IMG/VR virus record: IMGVR_UViG_3300011258_000941
Strand: one strand, 5' to 3'
Length of the DNA stretch: 64,000 nucleotides
DNA from: an uncultured virus (IMG/VR IMGVR_UViG_3300011258_000941)
Taxonomy: Duplodnaviria; Heunggongvirae; Uroviricota; Caudoviricetes
A program made the position numbers and the translations under genes. The notes under the pieces were generated by a model. The model did not search any database. It worked only from the letters and a program-made list of their open reading frames with translations, and had not been told where the DNA came from. This document shows positions 58,624-64,000 of the stretch, one piece after another. The first letter of the stretch is position 1. Each line of letters starts with the position of its first letter.

Positions 58624-59267
58624 TACTCTAACTTCCTTTTCATGCTTCTTTTTACTGCGGTATCTATTCTCGCATCAAAAATTCTCATGGCGAAATCTAT
58701 GTAGTCTGCACCAATAATACCTAAAAATTCTGCTTGTCCTGTTCCTTTACCGGCGTACCATGCTGAATTACCATGCTTAGTCTTAACTTGACGGCTATGT
58801 TCCTGCGCCCCACTTGATTTCCAAGAGAATGTTCTTGGGCTTATGCCTTCTTCAACGGCCCAACCAATGTTAAATGTCCCTCCGTTATCATCGGGACTTG
58901 TATGAACACCAAAACCAATTTCACCGTTTCTTTTATCCGGCCCACGGCTACCAAACATGGCTTCAATTGTTACTTCATTATCAGTAATTTTAATTGATTT
59001 TCTTCTTTCAGCACTTTGAGTATAATCCAACGAATCGGCTACCTTTTTTGCTTGTGGGGTGTGTGCTACCCTACCACGCAAATATCTGTCCGTTCTATCT
59101 TTAGCGGCGGCAAAAGCAATTCCGCTACCTTCAAACATAGCGTCTGAAATATCTTTTTGCGCTTTATCCATAGCCCTATTAAATTCTCTCATATCAACGG
59201 AAATTTTAGTTTTTCCGCCACCACCACTGCTAACTATTCTGTCAGCAATACGAATAGGGCGCATCAA
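58623..59267 (-). CDS. Neck/tail-completion (HK97 gp10-like) protein
   Basis: Basic, VEEG motif, synteny. Confidence 0.5.
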   Translation of the reverse strand: MMRPIRIADRIVSSGGGGKTKISVDMREFNRAMDKAQKDISDAMFEGSGIAFAAAKDRTDRYLRGRVAHTPQAKKVADSLDYTQSAERRKSIKITDNEVTIEAMFGSRGPDKRNGEIGFGVHTSPDDNGGTFNIGWAVEEGISPRTFSWKSSGAQEHSRQVKTKHGNSAWYAGKGTGQAEFLGIIGADYIDFAMRIFDARIDTAVKRSMKRKLE

Positions 59268-59803
59268 TCAACACTTCCTAAGTGAGCCAACCTCTTAAGG
59301 TTTTCAAATCCACGCTCTCTTAGGTTGTTGCCTCTAATGCTACCTTTGGTGTCAGCAGTTTGAAAAACCGCTTCGTCTTCAAGATAATACCCTGCGGCAA
59401 TATCAGCGCAAATTTCACGCAATACATGAGCAAACTCTCCTTCTTGAACAGTCACACCTGTTGCATGGTCAAAAGAAATACCCGTACAACCCGTAAGGTC
59501 ATTTGATGATTTTCCCGTCCAAGAGAATGAATCACCATCAATGTTTCCGTTTCCCGCAGTGGTAAATGAGGATGCGGAAGTTAATGTAATCGTTGTTGCA
59601 CCCGCACTAATAGAGCCGTTAAGTGTTGTTTCCGCAATACTTTTACTCGGAACATCTCGCCCGTAATCACGAAACATTTGGTCAATATCAATCGTAGCCC
59701 GACGAATAACACTTGTTAGTCGGGATGCGGCTCTTGTGCGCTGTGCGCTATCAAGAGCAAGGCGTGAACCTACATCGGAAGTGGTGCAATAGTAAACCAT
59801 CAC
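59264..59803 (-). CDS. Head-tail adaptor
   Basis: YCTTSDV...IRRATIDID...LREICADIAAGY, with an inserted beta-rich domain. Confidence 0.7.
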   Translation of the reverse strand: MMVYYCTTSDVGSRLALDSAQRTRAASRLTSVIRRATIDIDQMFRDYGRDVPSKSIAETTLNGSISAGATTITLTSASSFTTAGNGNIDGDSFSWTGKSSNDLTGCTGISFDHATGVTVQEGEFAHVLREICADIAAGYYLEDEAVFQTADTKGSIRGNNLRERGFENLKRLAHLGSVD

Positions 59804-59952
59804 ATCACACCCTGCACATCAACGCCAAGCGAAGCGAACAGGGCAATTGCGGCGTACTTTAGGTACTTCGCCATCGTGGACAATTCAAGAACCGCTTGCT
59901 CAAGCAAACGGGTTCTTTCTTCCAACGAATCTATTCGCTCATCGGGACTCAT
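59800..59952 (-). CDS. Small coiled-coil plus TM protein (holin/XhlA-like)
   Basis: MSPDERIDSLEERTRLLEQAV...YAAIALFASLGV. Confidence 0.55.
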   Translation of the reverse strand: MSPDERIDSLEERTRLLEQAVLELSTMAKYLKYAAIALFASLGVDVQGVM

Positions 59953-60164
59953 TCTTCTTCGCCACCTAATTTGTCTTTAACATCTTTGATGGTGTCAATG
60001 ACTTCTTCTACACCGTCCACGATTTCGTCGGCGGTAATTTTACCATCAGCGTTAATCTTACGCCAAAAAGCCAACAAACGCTTACCTGCATATGCAATAA
60101 TTAAAATATCAACGATAACAGCAGTTATAATAAATAGTATTGTTTCAATGTCCATGTTTCTCAA
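59949..60164 (-). CDS. Small membrane protein with EF-hand-like loop
   Basis: TM helix then INADGKITADE. Confidence 0.6.
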   Translation of the reverse strand: MRNMDIETILFIITAVIVDILIIAYAGKRLLAFWRKINADGKITADEIVDGVEEVIDTIKDVKDKLGGEEE

Positions 60165-60343
60165 TCCTTACTGTATAATACTTCTTTGGTGGAAGATAGA
60201 GGAATGACTGTGAAATGACGCGTTTCCCCTATCCGATAAACCTTGTAGCCGTGGGGTGTCTCTTCAATGTTTACATTCGTATAGCATCTTTCGGGAGGTT
60301 GATACACAATTTTTCCTTTTCTTTTTTCACTCATTTTTTTCAC
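60161..60343 (-). CDS. Hypothetical protein
   Basis: Coupled ORF. Confidence 0.55.
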   Translation of the reverse strand: MKKMSEKRKGKIVYQPPERCYTNVNIEETPHGYKVYRIGETRHFTVIPLSSTKEVLYSKD

Positions 60344-60433
60344 CTGTTATCAAATCTTTTTTTTCTGTCTTTTCTTTTTTGTCAAGTTTTTTTGACTCAA
60401 CATCAAACCAAGCATCTAATAAATTACATCTTG

Positions 60434-60607
60434 TCATTCTAACCAACCTTTTATTTCATCCGATGAGGGGACATTGGGGTATGTATCGCTAGGCCAAAGG
60501 GCTTCATTGACCCTGTATTCGCCACTTCCCGATATGTGGATAATGGGTAGTATTTCCATAGCATCCCAATCATGGTCGGGGTATCGTGTTTTTAATTGTG
60601 TTAGCAT
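60434..60607 (-). CDS. Small protein, possible fibre chaperone (57 aa)
   Basis: MLTQLKTRYPD...W...PSSDEIKGW right after the fibre gene. Confidence 0.5.
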   Translation of the reverse strand: MLTQLKTRYPDHDWDAMEILPIIHISGSGEYRVNEALWPSDTYPNVPSSDEIKGWLE

Positions 60608-62823
60608 CAATTAACCCTCCTTACATCAAGAAATGTTCGGATTTCGGGGCCAACAATTGTTCCGCCGACTTGGTAGGTGTTTCCTCCACCCTTAAATACG
60701 CTAAAATAAACCGTGTCCCCTGTCGTCAAATAAACCGTGGTTGAACCGTTGCCTGTGTAGCGGTCAATGTATGATGTCCTATTGCGGAAAGAAAGCAAGT
60801 CGCCGGTAAGCGATGAAGTGCTTGAAATTGTTATGCGATAGTCGGCTTGAGAAGTTCCAAGTGAGGCTATGAACGCCACAAAATTAAAGTCATACAGCCC
60901 ATCTTCTAAAATGTCAATATGAGTACCTGTTAAATTGACGGCCCAAGAGGTCAAAGTTGTGCCGTAGGTAGGGACTAAGGTAGCACCCGAAGTACCGAAT
61001 GTAAGTTGTGTTGTTACTCCGTTGGCGATAGTTCCTGTGTCGCTAGCAAGCGCATATTTTTCGTATTGGAGGACTGCTGATTTTACTGAGCCGTTAGCCA
61101 TTAAAAACTCAGTTGAAGTACCTCCACTTTTAATAAATTCTGTGGAGGTTGTTGTTCCTGCTACCGTTATGTCTGTTGAACCATTCGCAATAGTAATAGC
61201 CGTCGCCCCACTACTTGAACCCGTTCCCGTTCCTAACTTTAGACCATCATTGTAAGCGTAAAGATAACCGCCACCATCAATTATTATTTCTTTATTGAAA
61301 TAAAAACGGCTTCGGTCTGTTTGAATGTGACAATACCCGCTATTATTTGGGCCTATTTGCACATAGCCGTCATTAGTGCGGATTTGAAACATATTGGTTG
61401 TTCCTCCCGATTCACCGATGCGAACCTTATCATCGGTAGCGGGGTCAGCAGGAACGGCATTAAGCGTAATTGTTGTTGCCTCAATCTCACCTGTCATTGT
61501 ACCTCCGGCCTTTGGTAAAGCACCGTCAATTTTAGCAAGCGTTGTATTGGCTAATTTATCATCATTAACTGAATCATTAGCAATAGTAGCGGCTACTGAA
61601 CCGGAGCCGCTTGCTGTTACATCACCTGTAAGAGCAGTGATACCAGCACTACCACCGACTTCGCTTGAACCGTGATATAATTTGTTGTTGTCACCACTGT
61701 TAAGCCAAAGAGTGTTTGCGGTCACACCACCCGGATTTGAACCAACGGGATTTAACTCAAGTCCTGTTGGGTCAATCAATCCGTCCACATCTAATTTTCC
61801 GGTAATATGAAAATTACCATTTACTTTAGGCATTGGGCCGGAAGCGTGGCGTGGACTTCGGTAAATACCTTGTGATATTTGACTAAATGACCATGTACCT
61901 CTAATCTTAGGAGTTTGTATGCTTCGTATATCGGCTCCTTGTGAAATAGCATCAACCGGCCCCTTCAAAACTACTCCATCGCCAATTTCAAATTCTTCAA
62001 CGGATATAAATGTATTATCAGCCATTAAACATTTATGTCCTGCCGTATTTGCCTTTAAAACAATTTTACGATGATATGCAGTAAAGCCGGTAGGATAACC
62101 CGAAGCCCCTTCTGTGGGAATGTAAAATCCACCACTTGTTGCGTAGTATTCAGCAGTGGCTAAACCAAAATCAAGTGTTGTTTCCGTTGTTGTAAACGCT
62201 TGCATTGAAAATACTTTTAGCCTATCATTATCTACCAAATCACCATCGGGAGCAAATGTGATTGTGCTACCACTTCCACCATCATTTAATGCAAGAGAAA
62301 CAAAAGATGCCTTGCCGCTTGTACCTGTGGGTGCTACATAATCGGGTGCAAATTTTCCTTCTCCTAATGTGACGGTAGGGTGTGGCCCATCGTCAAACTT
62401 TGTAACTTGTGTTCCATCACCATAAAAGTTAAAGTCAAAACCTGTTGTAACGGCATTATCACCTAAAAGAACAAATCTTTCAGCATATGATTTGTATGTA
62501 CCATAAAAATTAGGGGATGAACCAATTTGAAATTCTATCCTTGTTGCGCCGCCGCTTGGGGTTAATGTTCCATCAAGAAAAAGACCTTTAATCCGAGGTA
62601 CAGTAGAAAAGGATAATGTTTGAGAAAAACCGGATTCAACAATAATTTCATCTACGGATAAAGTAGTTCCTCCGGGAATGGGAATGTCCCAAACACAATT
62701 TCCTGCGGCGGGAGTGTCAAAAAGAGCAACATCACCTGCGGCGGGTACAGCAATAGGCGGTAGCCAATTATTTGCATTGTTAGCACTTGTGCTTATTGCG
62801 CCTATCCATGTAATTGTAGCCAT
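60607..62823 (-). CDS. Tail fibre/spike with C1q-like C-terminal domain
   Basis: G/T-rich shaft; IDILEDGLYDFNF...TVYLTTGDTVYF. Confidence 0.7.
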   Translation of the reverse strand: MATITWIGAISTSANNANNWLPPIAVPAAGDVALFDTPAAGNCVWDIPIPGGTTLSVDEIIVESGFSQTLSFSTVPRIKGLFLDGTLTPSGGATRIEFQIGSSPNFYGTYKSYAERFVLLGDNAVTTGFDFNFYGDGTQVTKFDDGPHPTVTLGEGKFAPDYVAPTGTSGKASFVSLALNDGGSGSTITFAPDGDLVDNDRLKVFSMQAFTTTETTLDFGLATAEYYATSGGFYIPTEGASGYPTGFTAYHRKIVLKANTAGHKCLMADNTFISVEEFEIGDGVVLKGPVDAISQGADIRSIQTPKIRGTWSFSQISQGIYRSPRHASGPMPKVNGNFHITGKLDVDGLIDPTGLELNPVGSNPGGVTANTLWLNSGDNNKLYHGSSEVGGSAGITALTGDVTASGSGSVAATIANDSVNDDKLANTTLAKIDGALPKAGGTMTGEIEATTITLNAVPADPATDDKVRIGESGGTTNMFQIRTNDGYVQIGPNNSGYCHIQTDRSRFYFNKEIIIDGGGYLYAYNDGLKLGTGTGSSSGATAITIANGSTDITVAGTTTSTEFIKSGGTSTEFLMANGSVKSAVLQYEKYALASDTGTIANGVTTQLTFGTSGATLVPTYGTTLTSWAVNLTGTHIDILEDGLYDFNFVAFIASLGTSQADYRITISSTSSLTGDLLSFRNRTSYIDRYTGNGSTTVYLTTGDTVYFSVFKGGGNTYQVGGTIVGPEIRTFLDVRRVN

Positions 62824-62826
62824 TAT

Positions 62827-63216
62827 TCACAACCTCGTTTTGGTTTGACTGAACTTTACTGCCGTTCCGCCAACCTCCGAGATAAGTGCTAACAATTCTT
62901 CACCACGCTTGTTAAATCCACGCAATTGTGCGGTTAGGCGTATGTCTTGCTCTTTCTTTTCGTTCTCATTGACATAGGATGGAAGGGTATCAATCATAAC
63001 TTGAAGGCAGTCAGCACAAACAAGAGCCTTAATTGCACTTTCTTTTTGTGCGGTTGTAACAACATTTACTGAATCAGTAGCAAGAAACGCATTATTTCGT
63101 GCTGATTTGTTTACTTGTTCGGTACGAATACTAATGTATTCAGTAATAGTAGCGTCATTTAGACCACGAGGGCGATTTAACAAATCACGAATGTTGTCGT
63201 TTGTAACCGCCATCAT
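62827..63216 (-). CDS. Head completion-like protein
   Basis: Helical, MAVTNDNIRDLL; synteny. Confidence 0.5.
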   Translation of the reverse strand: MMAVTNDNIRDLLNRPRGLNDATITEYISIRTEQVNKSARNNAFLATDSVNVVTTAQKESAIKALVCADCLQVMIDTLPSYVNENEKKEQDIRLTAQLRGFNKRGEELLALISEVGGTAVKFSQTKTRL

Positions 63217-63563
63217 TCTTCACCTAATTCCGATACAGGCCATTTGTCGTTATAATCTTTCGGGACTTCTATAACTTTTGTACCTTTTGGGGCTTTGGGT
63301 GTACGACCAAGAACAAAAACCAATTGTGTTTCTATTATATCACGAGCCATGCGGCTATCGGGCAACCAATAGGTATTTGTGTCGGGAATTAAAGAAAGTG
63401 GACTGTTAGGTTTGCGTGACGCAGGTTTAGCCAAGCGAATAAGCCATCCTTTACAGGATAACCAATGTTTAGCACGATGGCGAAGGTCAGCGAGTTTCGC
63501 TCCTTCGGGTATTTCAATGCTTTTTTTGTTTAATTGCTTGACTAATTTTGCCTTCTCGCTCAT
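63213..63563 (-). CDS. Basic hypothetical protein
   Basis: N-terminus resembles a HeH/SAP motif. Confidence 0.6.
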   Translation of the reverse strand: MSEKAKLVKQLNKKSIEIPEGAKLADLRHRAKHWLSCKGWLIRLAKPASRKPNSPLSLIPDTNTYWLPDSRMARDIIETQLVFVLGRTPKAPKGTKVIEVPKDYNDKWPVSELGEE

Positions 63564-63565
63564 CT

Positions 63566-63727
63566 TTATTCCTTCTTACTCTTACTCTTACTCTTACTTT
63601 TCTTTGCGGGGGCTTTAGCCTTAGCAGGTGCTTTCGCTTTCTTTACAAGAAGATAGCGAACAACACCTTCGGGTGCATCTGCATCCAAACGGTAAACATC
63701 ACCGTTTTTGTCAGTCCATTCATCCAT
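63566..63727 (-). CDS. Lys/Ala-rich microprotein (53 aa)
   Basis: GAGGTGA RBS; KKAKAPAKAKAPAKKSKSKSKSKKE. Confidence 0.65.
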   Translation of the reverse strand: MDEWTDKNGDVYRLDADAPEGVVRYLLVKKAKAPAKAKAPAKKSKSKSKSKKE

Positions 63728-63737
63728 TTAATTCACC

Positions 63738-64000
63738 TCAAGCCAAGACGGATTCGGTGTATTCAATGATAATTCGGAATTTACCACCAATAAGTGCGGC
63801 GGTAGCAATTGTACCAAGTACGCTTACTGCGGCGGCTCCGACCTTAAGTGGAATTTCGTTGTGCATATGGGTAGCATTTGCGGTATATGCGGCATTGTCA
63901 AAAGCAGTAGCGGCTTTGAATGCGTCAGTGTTTCCTGTGACACCTAAAGCAATAGTAGCGGAACCAACGGAAGCAGGTGCTTGTAGATTATCGTAAGTCA
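63738..64000 (-). CDS. Capsid decoration-like protein (5' end outside window)
   Basis: Open frame ...SATIALGV...TAALIGGKFRIIIEY; A/T/G-rich beta sandwich. Confidence 0.6.
   Translation of the reverse strand, partial: TYDNLQAPASVGSATIALGVTGNTDAFKAATAFDNAAYTANATHMHNEIPLKVGAAAVSVLGTIATAALIGGKFRIIIEYTESVLA

Noticed and set aside
45180..63996. Plus-strand ORFs over the tail and neck genes
   Set aside because: Antisense shadows of long minus-strand structural genes.
1..64000. tRNA genes, integrase, reverse transcriptase/DGR, inteins
   Set aside because: No cloverleaf, recombinase, RT motif or intein-sized insertion was recognised by eye; tRNAscan-SE and HMM searches are needed to be sure.

Overview
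The window holds what looks like almost the whole genome of a tailed dsDNA (siphovirus-type) virus of archaea. Its gene set best fits the magroviruses that infect Marine Group II/Poseidoniales; this is inferred from the archaeal-type replisome, TATA-box promoters with leaderless starts, and GGAGG/GGTGA ribosome-binding sites. Layout: head genes on the minus strand (prohead protease/scaffold, portal; 1-4.1 kb); metallophosphoesterase and terminase (4.4-7.6 kb); a largely non-coding control region with three minus-strand monocistronic cassettes (7.6-11.9 kb); an early region of small, often Zn-finger, genes including ArdA, DUF932 and a pyrimidine-dimer glycosylase (12-23 kb); a replication module with MCM-like ATPase, RFC, RPA-like SSB, GroEL-type chaperonin, clamp, PolB, Cas4-like nuclease, PriS-PriL primase, ERCC4 nuclease and three DNA methyltransferases (23-45 kb); and tail/neck genes on the minus strand (45-64 kb). 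The major capsid gene is not seen and probably lies just outside the window, between the two ends. The most striking unexplained signal is a cis-element system built on TTTAGTCG/CGACTAAA. About 50 copies sit in 2.3 kb, arranged as palindromes, 37-bp inverted pairs and duplicated arrays, and the same motif starts exactly 20 bp upstream of the TATA box of seven early promoters. Also notable are a twice-occurring origin-like element, a shared C-terminal [E/A]W[L/V] tag on PolB and all three methyltransferases, a PolB with substituted catalytic motifs, and a -1 tail-chaperone frameshift. All counts and alignments were made by eye.
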